Source: Candidatus Latescibacterota bacterium (GTDB lineage Bacteria; Latescibacterota; UBA2968). From it: a stretch of 64,000 nt of DNA. The translations under genes and the position numbers were made by a program. Shown here in pieces: positions 20,323 to 30,487 of this stretch (position 1 is its first letter; each line of letters starts with the position of its first letter). The DNA is taken from NCBI GenBank assembly GCA_965205975.1, contig OZ242195.1, positions 1,760,001-1,824,000 on the forward strand, written 5' to 3'. The notes under the pieces are model-generated. The model did no database searches and was not told where the DNA came from. It saw only the letters and a list, made by a program, of their open reading frames with translations.

Positions 20323-21948
20323 CTAAATTCCTATCGCATATCCATCGCGCCTCGGATCTGCGCCGCCCATCAGCGCGCCGGATTCTGTATCCACCACAAT
20401 ACCCTGCGCACCCCCGCAAACAGGTGAATAATCGGGCAACACTTTCACATCGTGCCCACGCGCTTTCAGCGCGCGCCGAACAGACTTCGACATCCGCCTT
20501 TCAATGGACACCTGCGTACCCGCAGTTTCAATACGGAACCGGGGTGCTTCAATCGCCGCCTGTATATTCATACCGTAATCCAGCACATTGGTCAAAAATT
20601 GCACCGATGTTTGTTGAATCCCCCAGCTTCCCGGCGTACCCAACGCAGAAAAAAGTGCGCCATCTCGAAACACCAGCATCGGCGACAGGCACATATCCAC
20701 TTTTTTGTAGGGCGCAATACAATTTGGGCTATTGGGCACAAGATCGCCCCATCGAATAAAATTGTTCAAAAACATACCCGTATCACCCATCATCACTCCG
20801 GACCCAAAACCCGACCCCAAACTCTGGGTTATAGCCACGGCATTGCCATCGCCATCAACCACATCGAAATGTGTCGTGCATTCATTCAGCCATGCCTTTG
20901 GATCGCCCGGTTCAATCTCACCCGGCAACTTCGTCGCCGGATACCACTCGCCCCGATGCACGCCCGCGCGATTCCCAATCAGCTTTCGGCGTTCTTCCGC
21001 ATAGCCCTTCGCCAGCAATCCTTCAACAGGAGCCTGCGGGGCTGCGGCGTATTCTATCCGATCCGCATTGCCCAACTTCACAGCTTCGATGAACAGATGT
21101 AATGCCTGCTCCGAGTGGTGTTCCATCTCCGCCAGATCGTATCCCTCCAGCATATTGAGCGTCTCGAGAATCTGAAATCCCGCACTCGGTGGCGGCGGAC
21201 AAAACACCTCATAACCTCGATAAGTCGTCGCTATCGGATCAACCCATTCCGGTTCAAAATCCGCCAGATCGCGCTCGGACAACCAGCCGCCTTCTCCCTG
21301 GATATATTCCGCCATTTCGCGCGCGAGATCGCCGCGATAAAAAACCTCTGCTCCTCCTTCAGCAACCCGCCGAAACGTTCGCGCCAGATCCTTTTGAATT
21401 AAAATCTCCCCCGGCAGAGGTCCGCGCCCACGCGACAAAATAACCCGCTCCCCCCTGTCGTTCAACCGCCCTCCACTACTCATCGACTGACTATTCCTCA
21501 CCGTCACAGCATACCCGTTCTCCGCCAGATCAATCGCAGGCCCAAATACTTGTGCTGGCGCCATCGTGCCATAGCGTTCCAACAATTCCAACCAGCCACC
21601 ACAAGCACCCGGCGTCAAGCACGAACGCGGCCCAGCATCTTTATCCGCCGATCCATCGAACAACTCGGCACGCGCTTGATACGGCGTTCGCCCGCAATAA
21701 TCCAGCACGCGCCTGTGGTCATTTTTTGCATCATACACAATCGCATACCCCACCCCCGCAATACCAGACATATAGGGTTCTACAACATTGAGCGCAGCGG
21801 CAACCGCAACCGCAGCATCAAACGCATTACCCCCTTCGAGCAACATCCGCGCGCCGGATAGTGCAGCCAGCGGATGTGCGCACGCCACCATACCACGCGT
21901 ACCCGTAACCGTTGGTCTATGTGTCACACCATGTGCTGAAAAAGCCAT
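20323..21948 (-). CDS. ggt: Gamma-glutamyltransferase
   Basis: GGNAFDAAVA, NVVEPYMSGI, autoprocessing TTHFDVVD, GTPGS, GGADPRRDG. Confidence 0.93.
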   Translation of the reverse strand: MAFSAHGVTHRPTVTGTRGMVACAHPLAALSGARMLLEGGNAFDAAVAVAAALNVVEPYMSGIAGVGYAIVYDAKNDHRRVLDYCGRTPYQARAELFDGSADKDAGPRSCLTPGACGGWLELLERYGTMAPAQVFGPAIDLAENGYAVTVRNSQSMSSGGRLNDRGERVILSRGRGPLPGEILIQKDLARTFRRVAEGGAEVFYRGDLAREMAEYIQGEGGWLSERDLADFEPEWVDPIATTYRGYEVFCPPPPSAGFQILETLNMLEGYDLAEMEHHSEQALHLFIEAVKLGNADRIEYAAAPQAPVEGLLAKGYAEERRKLIGNRAGVHRGEWYPATKLPGEIEPGDPKAWLNECTTHFDVVDGDGNAVAITQSLGSGFGSGVMMGDTGMFLNNFIRWGDLVPNSPNCIAPYKKVDMCLSPMLVFRDGALFSALGTPGSWGIQQTSVQFLTNVLDYGMNIQAAIEAPRFRIETAGTQVSIERRMSKSVRRALKARGHDVKVLPDYSPVCGGAQGIVVDTESGALMGGADPRRDGYAIGI

Positions 21949-22153
21949 AACACTGCTCCTGATAGTTTGATTTCACGCCACAATAGGCCGAATTGAGATC
22001 GGTATAATCTACGTCCGAGAAAAAAAATTGGCAACCGTAGAGTCATAGCGATTATTGTTGCAGAATCTATTGCTCCATTTGTCACACCAACGTATATTTC
22101 CCCATCCGCTATCACATTCATCCATTTCTGACTCAAATATGGAAAGAAACCTT

Positions 22154-23266
22154 ATGGACCCTATACAACTCACGCGCGAATTTGTATCCTTCAACTCAAC
22201 CAGCTATTTGAGCAACGTCGATTGCTCAAATGCCATGGCAGAAAGAATGCGCAAAGCTGGCCTCGCGGTTGAACGCATTCCCTACACAGACCCAAACGGC
22301 GTTCCCAAACTGAACCTCGTCGGCAAAAAAGGAAATGGCACCGGTGGCCTCGCCCTGATGGGACACAACGACGTCGTACCCGCCGAAGGTTGGGCCTGGG
22401 ACCCCTTTGAAGTCGTCGAAAAGGGATCCCGCATCTACGGACGCGGCGTAGCCGACATGAAAGGTTCGGTCGCCTGCATGATCGCCACGGCAAGCCGTTT
22501 CTCCATCGACGAACTCACACAACCTATCTACGTAGTCGTCACCGGAGATGAAGAAATCAACTGCGGAGGCGCCGATGTCATCGCCCAAAAATCCGAAGTA
22601 TTAAAAGAATCCAACGTGCGCTACGGCATTATTGGCGAACCGACCCTGCTCGACGTGGTACACGCCCACAAAGGCTCGGTCAAAATCAGCGTCACAGCCA
22701 CGGGAAAAGCCACGCACAGCAGCATGGGAACAGGCATCAACGCCAATCACAAACTCATCCCCTTCCTCAACGACATGCTCGCCATAGACCGCGAACTCCA
22801 AACCGACGAAAAATACCTCAACAACGCCTTCACCCCCCCACACGCCACCCTCAACACCGTCATACATGGGGGTGAACAAGCATCGAACATCACCACGCCA
22901 GAAAGCGGGGCAACCCTCAACATGCGCCCCATGCCGGGACAGGATTTCGCGCCCTTGCTCGACAAAATCAGAACACTGGCCGAAGAATGCGGAGTCCACG
23001 TCGATATCTACGACGGCCTCGCCCCACTCCACACCCCCATAGAATCTCGCATCGTGCAAGAAGCCCTATCCGTCACAAACAAGGGTGAGCCCAAAACCGT
23101 AGCTTATGGCACCGACGGCATGATCTTTGGCAAAACCATGGAACTCGTCGTACTCGGTCCCGGCAATATTCAACAGGCGCACACCATTGACGAATGGATC
23201 GAAATCGAACAACTCCATCAAGCTGTGGATACCTTCTCAGAAATGGTACGGCGGTTTTGTAGTTAG
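22154..23266 (+). CDS. M20 family deacylase (acetylornithine deacetylase ArgE-like)
   Basis: GHNDVVP, GRGVADMKG, DEE, GEPT, GPGNIQQAHTIDE; start at 22154 or 22139. Confidence 0.9.
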   Translation: MDPIQLTREFVSFNSTSYLSNVDCSNAMAERMRKAGLAVERIPYTDPNGVPKLNLVGKKGNGTGGLALMGHNDVVPAEGWAWDPFEVVEKGSRIYGRGVADMKGSVACMIATASRFSIDELTQPIYVVVTGDEEINCGGADVIAQKSEVLKESNVRYGIIGEPTLLDVVHAHKGSVKISVTATGKATHSSMGTGINANHKLIPFLNDMLAIDRELQTDEKYLNNAFTPPHATLNTVIHGGEQASNITTPESGATLNMRPMPGQDFAPLLDKIRTLAEECGVHVDIYDGLAPLHTPIESRIVQEALSVTNKGEPKTVAYGTDGMIFGKTMELVVLGPGNIQQAHTIDEWIEIEQLHQAVDTFSEMVRRFCS

Positions 23267-23411
23267 CGTTCAGCAGTCAGCCATCCAGTACCAAGACGCA
23301 AACTTGGATTCATAAATAAACAGCGATTATGATTTTGTACCATATCAGACGGCAAGTACACTCTCATGAAAATTCTAACGACAGCCTAGAAATCAATATG
23401 GAGACGAAAAC

Positions 23412-23972
23412 ATGGCCATACCAGATCCGACGACGGTTCGCGAACAGATCGCTTGGTCATACGCGAACCTTGCAAGGGCTCACGCGGCACTTGAACATGG
23501 TGTCACTAAATACAAGGTGGTCCATCACGTCATTCGGAACAGGACGTACCATGGATTGCTGTCTGGGAAGATAGCTATGCGTTCTCTATACGACGATGAA
23601 CGCCTGAAGATGACGATGCCACAAGCATGTTACTACTGCCGTCACAGGGACAACCTGACGGTTGATCATCTCGTTCCTCTAGTGCGTGGAGGTCCAGACG
23701 AAGCGGACAACCTGATCTGGGCGTGCCGCTCGTGCAATAGCTCCAAGCATGGACGAGATATGCTGGTTTGGGCAAAGTCAAATGGATTTTTCCCCTCAAT
23801 ATTGTTATTGCGACGTTATATCAAGATCGTTGCTCGTTATTGTGAAGAGATGGGTCATATGGATACCAACCTCGAAAATTTCAATCAAGTGAACGCCCCG
23901 TTCGATGTGCGTTTGTTGCCGACGAAGTTCCCGCCATTGGCCGAATTGAAGTTGTGGGTCAAGCCGAAATAG
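23412..23972 (+). CDS. Stand-alone HNH endonuclease (McrA-like Zn-binding HNH)
   Basis: CYYC...LTVDHLVP...GG.D..DNL..ACRSCNSSK. Confidence 0.88.
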   Translation: MAIPDPTTVREQIAWSYANLARAHAALEHGVTKYKVVHHVIRNRTYHGLLSGKIAMRSLYDDERLKMTMPQACYYCRHRDNLTVDHLVPLVRGGPDEADNLIWACRSCNSSKHGRDMLVWAKSNGFFPSILLLRRYIKIVARYCEEMGHMDTNLENFNQVNAPFDVRLLPTKFPPLAELKLWVKPK

Positions 23973-24143
23973 CAAGAACTCGACAATTTGACTGCATTCC
24001 CATTGCCCTCATTAGATCAGATTCGCCTTAAGCCACTCAACTACAGGCCCTCTATATTGACGACAGCTACTCGCTGAATTAGACTTTGACACATCCCCAC
24101 AGAGATGACGAAAGTAATGTGTGACTTCAAATCTATCCCATAC

Positions 24144-24181
24144 AAAAACAGCCCCGTGACCTTTCAATCATGGGGCTGTTT
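24144..24181. terminator. Intrinsic terminator, possibly bidirectional
   Basis: aaacagccccgtga / tcatggggctgttt stem between convergent genes. Confidence 0.75.
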
Positions 24182-24207
24182 GAATGTGCTATCCGAAAAA
24201 GCGTTTT

Positions 24208-24471
24208 TCATTCCAATTTGAACAAAATAAGCGTTCCAAGTGTCAGCAATGTTGTGACTTGAATCCCCACAAGCCAACAGAACAGTGTAAGCATCCGATT
24301 TGACAAGCCATCAATCCGAGTCGTCACACTATCAACCCGGTTCGACAAATCACGGTGGGATTGCTCAAGGCCAGTCAAGCGCGTTGCGACTTGCTCAATA
24401 ATCCCCTCAATGCGAGATAACCGAGCATCTATTTCCGCCAGCTTGCTGTCAACAGGTGTTGGAATCTGCAT
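24208..24471 (-). CDS. Small coiled-coil protein with C-terminal TM helix (paralog A, 87 aa)
   Basis: GGAG RBS before ATG 24471; heptad pattern followed by a hydrophobic helix; near-identical to 25091-25375. Confidence 0.75.
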   Translation of the reverse strand: MQIPTPVDSKLAEIDARLSRIEGIIEQVATRLTGLEQSHRDLSNRVDSVTTRIDGLSNRMLTLFCWLVGIQVTTLLTLGTLILFKLE

Positions 24472-24511
24472 TATGATTCTCCAAATCAAGGTTGTAGTAG
24501 TGTATCTCTTA

Positions 24512-24766
24512 CTAAAGCCCAAAGTGGCGAGCATACCGGGATCCAATACGTCTTGTCCACATTTGTGCATCTAATCTGCGGGCAAGAAGCCGGTCAGATG
24601 CAGCCAGTTCATCTCGATCAACCTCATATTCTCCCATCTCGATGTCGATAACCACGAATTTACCCTCATCGGCAGGTTCAATATGAGGCCTTATGTCTCG
24701 GTCATAAATCTCATCGCCGAGTCGCGCGAATTCCTCTTTGCTATACCGTGGTTTTGATATGGACAT
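24512..24766 (-). CDS. Small hypothetical protein (DUF5678-like)
   Basis: GAGGAGG RBS; GDEIY...GKFVVIDIEMGEYEVD...RRIG pattern. Confidence 0.65.
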   Translation of the reverse strand: MSISKPRYSKEEFARLGDEIYDRDIRPHIEPADEGKFVVIDIEMGEYEVDRDELAASDRLLARRLDAQMWTRRIGSRYARHFGL

Positions 24767-24800
24767 ATCATTCCTCCTCACGCCTGTCCTATCATTCCCA

Positions 24801-25067
24801 TTACCCACCCGCAATCGACGTTACAAAATGAACCTCGCTATCGGGGGGTATCTGTGTCCGCAACCCTTCTTCGGTGACAACGCCATCAATCGCAACAGCC
24901 AGTCCAGGTGCAATCCGATAATCCTCGTACACCACCCGATCTTTAATACCGGGAAATTGTGCATCCAGATTTTCGATCACCTCACGCAAGGTATTACCAC
25001 CAACAACCACCTTCTCCTGGCCATCGGTCAATTTGCGCATCAGCGAGGGAATCCACACTTCAGGCAT
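24801..25067 (-). CDS. MoaD/ThiS family sulfur carrier
   Basis: Start MPEVWIP at 25067 (GGAG RBS); ubiquitin-like; C-terminal IAGG. Confidence 0.88.
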   Translation of the reverse strand: MPEVWIPSLMRKLTDGQEKVVVGGNTLREVIENLDAQFPGIKDRVVYEDYRIAPGLAVAIDGVVTEEGLRTQIPPDSEVHFVTSIAGG

Positions 25068-25090
25068 GTCAACACTCCTATTTCTCTCGC

Positions 25091-25375
25091 CTATTCGAGT
25101 TTGAACAAAATGAGCGTGCCAAGTGTCAGCAATGTTGTGACCTGAATCCCTACAAGCCAACAGAAAAATGTGAGCATCCGATTTGACAAGCCATCAATCC
25201 TGGTCGTCATACTATCAACCCGAGTCGTCATACTATCAACGCGATTCGACAAATCACGCTGACCTTGATCCAGGCCGGTCAAGCGCGTATTCATTTGCTC
25301 CGTTATGCCTTCAACGCGAGATAACCGGGCGTCTATTTCCGCCAGCTTGCTATCAACAGGTGTTGGAATCTGCAT
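25091..25375 (-). CDS. Small coiled-coil protein with C-terminal TM helix (paralog B, 94 aa)
   Basis: AGGAG RBS; one more heptad (RVDSMTT x2) than paralog A. Confidence 0.75.
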   Translation of the reverse strand: MQIPTPVDSKLAEIDARLSRVEGITEQMNTRLTGLDQGQRDLSNRVDSMTTRVDSMTTRIDGLSNRMLTFFCWLVGIQVTTLLTLGTLILFKLE

Positions 25376-25400
25376 TGTAATTCTCCTGTTTATCAGCGGA

Positions 25401-27701
25401 TCAGGCCGAGCCGTTCCCACCGTTTTTATCCCACCAGGCTTCCAACACGCGCGGAGGCGACATGGGCAACTCTGTCAGACGCAGGCCAATAGCATCGTAA
25501 ATCGCATTGGCAACCGCTGCTGTAGGTGGCACAATCGGCACCTCTCCCACCCCGCGCACACCATAAGGATGCCCCGGATTGGGAACCTCGACAATATGCG
25601 CATCAATCATCGGCAAATCCAGACACGTTGGCATCCGATAATCCAGCAAGCTGCTATTCCGCAAAATGCCATCTTCATCGTACACATACTCTTCGTTGAG
25701 CGCCCAACCAATCGCCTGTGCCACGCCGCCCTGCATCTGCCCCTCCACATAAGGAGGATAAATCGCTTTCCCCGCATCCTGGAAAATCGACGCACGCAAA
25801 ATATCGACCTTGCCCGTATCGGGATCGACCTCCACATCCACAATCGCCACCGCATAAGCCCCCCCAACACCTGTGGGTTTTGCCGTGGCGCGCCCCATCA
25901 CTGGCCCGCCCGTTGAATCGAGCTTGGCCGCCAAATCCTTAAACGTAATCGACTTCGACGGATCGGACTTCGATTGGAACACCCCTTGATCGAACTCGAC
26001 ATCATCCTCAGAAATCTCCCAAAGGATCGCCGCACGCGCCATCATCTGCTCTTTGATATCCTGCGCGCATTTATAAGCCGCCCAACCCGTCGCAAATGTC
26101 GTGCGCGAACCACCCGTCACACCCGTATAACCAATCGAATCCGTATCGCCTACCTGCGGACGAATCTCCTGTTCTGAGATACCCAGCACCTCTGCCATCT
26201 GCATCGCAACCGACGTACGCGTGCCCCCAATATCTGTCGAACCTTCCACCAGATTAATCGTACCATCGTCATTCACACTCGCAGCTGCACTCGAAACACC
26301 GCCTCCATTGCCCCAGAAACCAGACGCCACGCCGCGACCGCGATATTTCCCATTGAGTGCCATCTGATAGTGGTCAGAAGAAGCCGCAGCGCGAACGCAT
26401 TCCTCGTGCCCAATGCGCTTATTCACGGGACCATCTGCGCGGCGCGTGCCTTCTTTTGCAGAATTGCTCAACCGAAATTCCAGCGGATCGACCCCCAATT
26501 TCTCTGCAAGCTCATCCACCACAGTTTCAACGGCAAAAGCCGCATTTGTCGTGCCCGGCGCACGATAAGCCGAAGAGGAAGGCTTGTTGTTCACAACATC
26601 ATAACCATCCACCAGAACATGCGGAATAACATAAGGGGCCAGCATATTGCGCGCGCCCGCGCCCACGGGACTGCCGGAAAAAGCCCCCGCCTCATAAACC
26701 AATTCACTCTCTGCTGCCACGAGCTTGCCATCATTGGTCGCGCCCATCTTCACCCGAATCCACGAACCCGACGTTGGACCAGTCGCCTGCAAGACCTCAG
26801 TGCGGCTCATAATCATTTTCACCGGATGCCCGGTCTTCCTCGACAACAGCGCGGCAATCGGTTCCAGATACGCTTTGATCTTGCCGCCAAATCCCCCGCC
26901 AATCTCCAGGGGCACAACCTTAATTTGCGACACGGGAATGCCCAAAATTCTCGCGGTCTGATCCCGCACGCCAAACGCGCCCTGATTGCTGCACCAGATC
27001 GTCACCACGCCATCGGCATTCCACAACACCGTGGCATTTTGCGGTTCGATATAGCCCTGATGCACCATATCCGTGAGAAACTCGCGCTCGACAATCACAT
27101 CGGCTTCGGCAAATCCCTGTTCGATATCGCCCAATTCCGTGCGAAAATGCGACGCCACATTGCTGAAATTCTCGCTCTGCTCGCCCATCGAACGGGTTCT
27201 CTGATCTTCATGCACCAGAGGGGCACCATCCTCCATCGCCTCCCGCACATCCAGAACATGGGGCAGCACCTCGTACTCTACCTCAATCAAATCCAGCGCT
27301 TCTTCGGCAATATGGACATTAGTCGCCGCCACCGCCGCCACGGGATACCCCTGATAGAGCACCTTTTCGCGTGCCAGTACTGCCGCACACATATCCTTAA
27401 CCCGCACCACCTCTTCGCCCAAATCGGCCAACTGCTCCTCGGCATTGAGCGCCAAATCCTGCCCCGTGACAATTGCGCGCACGCCTTCAAGTGCTTCGGC
27501 CTTACTCGTATCAATCGACTTAATCCGAGCATGCGCATGCGGGCTTCGCAAAACTCTGGCATGCAACATATCGGGCAAATTGAGATCCGTACCGTAAATC
27601 GCCCTGCCCGTCACCTTATCCGCGCCATCGTGCCTCACGGGCCGCGTCCCCACGACCTTGTAATCTGTAATGCCTAAATAATCTTCCTGTGGAATCGCCA
27701 T
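25401..27701 (-). CDS. Xanthine dehydrogenase family molybdopterin-binding subunit
   Basis: KVTGRAIY, LRSPHAHA, GGGFGGK, YRAPG, GQMQGG, RGVGE. Confidence 0.94.
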   Translation of the reverse strand: MAIPQEDYLGITDYKVVGTRPVRHDGADKVTGRAIYGTDLNLPDMLHARVLRSPHAHARIKSIDTSKAEALEGVRAIVTGQDLALNAEEQLADLGEEVVRVKDMCAAVLAREKVLYQGYPVAAVAATNVHIAEEALDLIEVEYEVLPHVLDVREAMEDGAPLVHEDQRTRSMGEQSENFSNVASHFRTELGDIEQGFAEADVIVEREFLTDMVHQGYIEPQNATVLWNADGVVTIWCSNQGAFGVRDQTARILGIPVSQIKVVPLEIGGGFGGKIKAYLEPIAALLSRKTGHPVKMIMSRTEVLQATGPTSGSWIRVKMGATNDGKLVAAESELVYEAGAFSGSPVGAGARNMLAPYVIPHVLVDGYDVVNNKPSSSAYRAPGTTNAAFAVETVVDELAEKLGVDPLEFRLSNSAKEGTRRADGPVNKRIGHEECVRAAASSDHYQMALNGKYRGRGVASGFWGNGGGVSSAAASVNDDGTINLVEGSTDIGGTRTSVAMQMAEVLGISEQEIRPQVGDTDSIGYTGVTGGSRTTFATGWAAYKCAQDIKEQMMARAAILWEISEDDVEFDQGVFQSKSDPSKSITFKDLAAKLDSTGGPVMGRATAKPTGVGGAYAVAIVDVEVDPDTGKVDILRASIFQDAGKAIYPPYVEGQMQGGVAQAIGWALNEEYVYDEDGILRNSSLLDYRMPTCLDLPMIDAHIVEVPNPGHPYGVRGVGEVPIVPPTAAVANAIYDAIGLRLTELPMSPPRVLEAWWDKNGGNGSA

Positions 27702-27783
27702 TTATTCCTCCTGTAATAATAAAATTGCGGTCCTGATCAACTATAAAAAATAATGCAGACCGCGCACCCTGTCCAGTCTTTAA

Positions 27784-28683
27784 TCATCCATCGCTGATCT
27801 TGATACCTGACAGAGTCTCAATAGTCTTTGTCACGGCTGAAAAATCGAGCGCGCCAGCACCCAGGCTACTGGCGGCCGCATACATTTGATAAGCCACAGC
27901 TCCCAGGGGCACGGGCACATTCATCGCGCGGCCCATCTCCACGCCGATACCGATATCCTTCTTCATCAAATCGAGCATAAACCCCGGCGCGTACTCATCC
28001 TTGAATACAAAATCTGCAACGCGCGCCTGAAAAGCCGACGAATCGCCCGAACTCACGCTAATCACCTGCCGCATCACCTCGGGATCAGCACCCGCTTTAA
28101 CACCGAGGGTAAGCCCCTCTGCAATCGCAGCCATGGTAATACCGCCGAGCAACTGATTCACAATTTTAACCGTTTGCCCCACCCCAACATCCCCCACATG
28201 AAAAATATTCTCGCTATTGCCCATCGCGTCAAAAATCCCCTGACAGCGATCAAAATCGGCTTTTGCCCCGCCCGCAATAATAGTCAGCGTACCGTTAATC
28301 GCCCCAATATCGCCACCACTCACCGGCGCATCCATCACGCGAACCCCTTTTTGCGATGCCTGTTCTGCCACACCCTGAATCGTCAGCGGCGAAATCGTAC
28401 TCATATCCACAATGAGATCGCCTTCCGACGCCCCGGCCAAAACCCCCTGATCGCCCAAAATAACCTCGCGCACCTCGGGATCAGCCGTCACAATCGTAAT
28501 AATAATATCCGCTATTTCGCCCACCGCCTGCGATGAAGGCGCAAAAGTCGCCCCCGCGCCCTCCATCTCCGCCACAATCTCGTCTCGCCGCGCGTAAAAT
28601 GTCACATCAAAACCGGCTTTCAACAGATTGTGGCACATAGGTTTGCCCATAATCCCCAGACCGACAAATCCAATCTTATCCAT
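27784..28683 (-). CDS. 2-hydroxy-3-oxopropionate reductase-like beta-hydroxyacid dehydrogenase
   Basis: IGFVGLGIMG, DMSTISP, DAPVSGG, GQTVKIVNQ, KKD; start MDKIG at 28683 after AAGGAG. Confidence 0.9.
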   Translation of the reverse strand: MDKIGFVGLGIMGKPMCHNLLKAGFDVTFYARRDEIVAEMEGAGATFAPSSQAVGEIADIIITIVTADPEVREVILGDQGVLAGASEGDLIVDMSTISPLTIQGVAEQASQKGVRVMDAPVSGGDIGAINGTLTIIAGGAKADFDRCQGIFDAMGNSENIFHVGDVGVGQTVKIVNQLLGGITMAAIAEGLTLGVKAGADPEVMRQVISVSSGDSSAFQARVADFVFKDEYAPGFMLDLMKKDIGIGVEMGRAMNVPVPLGAVAYQMYAAASSLGAGALDFSAVTKTIETLSGIKISDG

Positions 28684-28720
28684 CTCATCGCTCCTTCTCT
28701 GGTAAAACATCTATTTGTCT

Positions 28721-28749
28721 TTGACAACTGAAATGCTTCGATATAATAT
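28721..28749 (+). promoter_or_regulatory. Putative sigma70 promoter for the FGGY kinase
   Basis: TTGACA-17-TAATAT (TATAAT at 15-nt spacing). Confidence 0.5.
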
Positions 28750-28788
28750 AACCCTAACCCGCCCTATCATCAGAAAAAAGAGCCAACC

Positions 28789-30357
28789 ATGAACACAAAA
28801 ACATCCTCCGACCCTTTACTCATCGGCATCGACGTTGGAACCACCAATATCAAAGCCCTGATCTTTGATCATCGAGGTCGCGAAATCGCACGCGCACAGG
28901 CCAAAACGCCCACACACCATCCACAGCCAGAATGGGCGTATTACAAACCCGATGAACTCTGGGAAACCGTATGCGGCGTCCTGAAAAATACTGTTGCACA
29001 AATCGACAATCCCGCCAACATCACTGGCATAGCCACCGCGAGCATCGGCGAAACAGGCGTCCCAATCGACAGGAGCGGAAATCCAACCGGTCAGGCAATT
29101 GCGTGGTTTGACCAGCGCACCCGCCCGCAATGCGAACAACTGCAAAAAACCTTTGATCGAGACAAACTCTTCTCGCTTACAGGGCTTCCACTACAACCCA
29201 TTTCCAGCCTGTGCAAAATCCTCTGGATACGCGAACATCAGCCCGAAGCCTTTGCGCGAACCGCCACCTGGCTCAACACTGCCGATTATATTGCTTTCCG
29301 ACTATCGGGCATACCCGCCACCGACTATTCCCTCGCCTCTCGCACCCTTGCTTTTGACCTCCACAGGCGTCAATGGGCAAATGATCTCCTCAGTGAAGTC
29401 CGTATTTCTCCAAATCTCTTCGCGCCACTTTGCAATGCAGGAACAAACCTGGGTCCCATCCTTCCCGACATCGCACGCGAAATCGGCTTGCCCCGACACA
29501 CGCGGATATGCGCTGGAGGACACGATCATATTTGCGGCGCACTTGCTGTTGGCGTTACAGAACCGGGAACAATGCTCAATTCTCTGGGCACCGCAGAAGC
29601 CATGTGCCTGCCCATTTCCCAGCCGCTTACAGACCCGCAAATAGGCCGCCAAAACTTCACCATAGGCGCGCACGTCGCACCCCACCAATATTACTTCCTC
29701 GGCGGATTATTCACAAGTGGTGCGAGCATCGAGTGGTTCCGCAGTTTATTTGGCGAAGGCGCAGACTATAACACCTTAATTTCCGAAGCGAGCGAATCGC
29801 CCCCCGGCAGCCTGGGTGTCGGCTTTCTTCCACAACTGCGCTTTACCAACCCGCCCCATGCAGAAGCCATAGCGCGCGGAACATTTATTGGCCTGACACC
29901 CGACGCCAACCGCGGCACGCTCTTTCGCGCAATCCTCGAAGGTCTATCTATGGAAATGCGCCATATTATCGACACGTCCAAATCTCATCCCGGTGTGCCC
30001 AAAACAAAAAATATCGTCGCAATCGGCGGTGGCATACGCAACCAACTCCTCATGCAAATCAAAGCCACCGTTTTGAACCAGCCCATCGCCCTGGCCGAAA
30101 TGGATGAAGCAACAGCTCTGGGTGCGGCAGTGCTCGCGGGATTGGACACAGGTGTTTACGCGGACGTCGCCGATGCCTTGCACACGCTCGACATCCCCAA
30201 GCAGACCATTTACCCCATACCCGATCAGGTCGCGCTCTACAACACAATTTACAACCGCGTACACAAACAAATTTATCCAGCAGTGCAAGACCTCCACCAA
30301 CAGATTGACCAGATCCAGATGGAAAACGAATCAACGAATAGACGAATCAACGAATAG
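28789..30357 (+). CDS. FGGY family carbohydrate kinase (xylulo-/fuculokinase-like)
   Basis: GIDVGTT, AWFDQR, TDYSLASRT, GGHDH, RAILEG, GGG, EATALGAA. Confidence 0.92.
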   Translation: MNTKTSSDPLLIGIDVGTTNIKALIFDHRGREIARAQAKTPTHHPQPEWAYYKPDELWETVCGVLKNTVAQIDNPANITGIATASIGETGVPIDRSGNPTGQAIAWFDQRTRPQCEQLQKTFDRDKLFSLTGLPLQPISSLCKILWIREHQPEAFARTATWLNTADYIAFRLSGIPATDYSLASRTLAFDLHRRQWANDLLSEVRISPNLFAPLCNAGTNLGPILPDIAREIGLPRHTRICAGGHDHICGALAVGVTEPGTMLNSLGTAEAMCLPISQPLTDPQIGRQNFTIGAHVAPHQYYFLGGLFTSGASIEWFRSLFGEGADYNTLISEASESPPGSLGVGFLPQLRFTNPPHAEAIARGTFIGLTPDANRGTLFRAILEGLSMEMRHIIDTSKSHPGVPKTKNIVAIGGGIRNQLLMQIKATVLNQPIALAEMDEATALGAAVLAGLDTGVYADVADALHTLDIPKQTIYPIPDQVALYNTIYNRVHKQIYPAVQDLHQQIDQIQMENESTNRRINE

Positions 30358-30360
30358 ACG
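30326..30360. repeat. 8-nt tandem repeat (ACGAATCA/ACGAATAG) spanning the FGGY stop
   Basis: acgaatcaacgaatagacgaatcaacgaatagacg; same family as 33978-34115. Confidence 0.8.
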
Positions 30361-30453
30361 GAGCGGGGTACAACTGCGCCAGCAGTTTATCAACGGAGTG
30401 GTGTACCTGTCTGCCTCCATCACAGGCAGGCAACTGCACCGCCTCACCAGCCT

Positions 30454-30487
30454 TTCATCCGTGTTTATCTGTGTTCATCTGTGGTTG
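30454..30487. repeat. 10-nt degenerate repeat (ATCTGTGTTC-like) spanning the ABC transporter stop
   Basis: ttcatccgtgtttatctgtgttcatctgtggtt; same family as 52929-52980 and 48551-48573. Confidence 0.7.

Noticed and set aside
26370..27677. 435-aa plus-strand ORF, and similar long antisense ORFs at 32034, 38486, 41031, 42678 and 52508
   Set aside because: Opposite well-supported genes and without recognisable motifs
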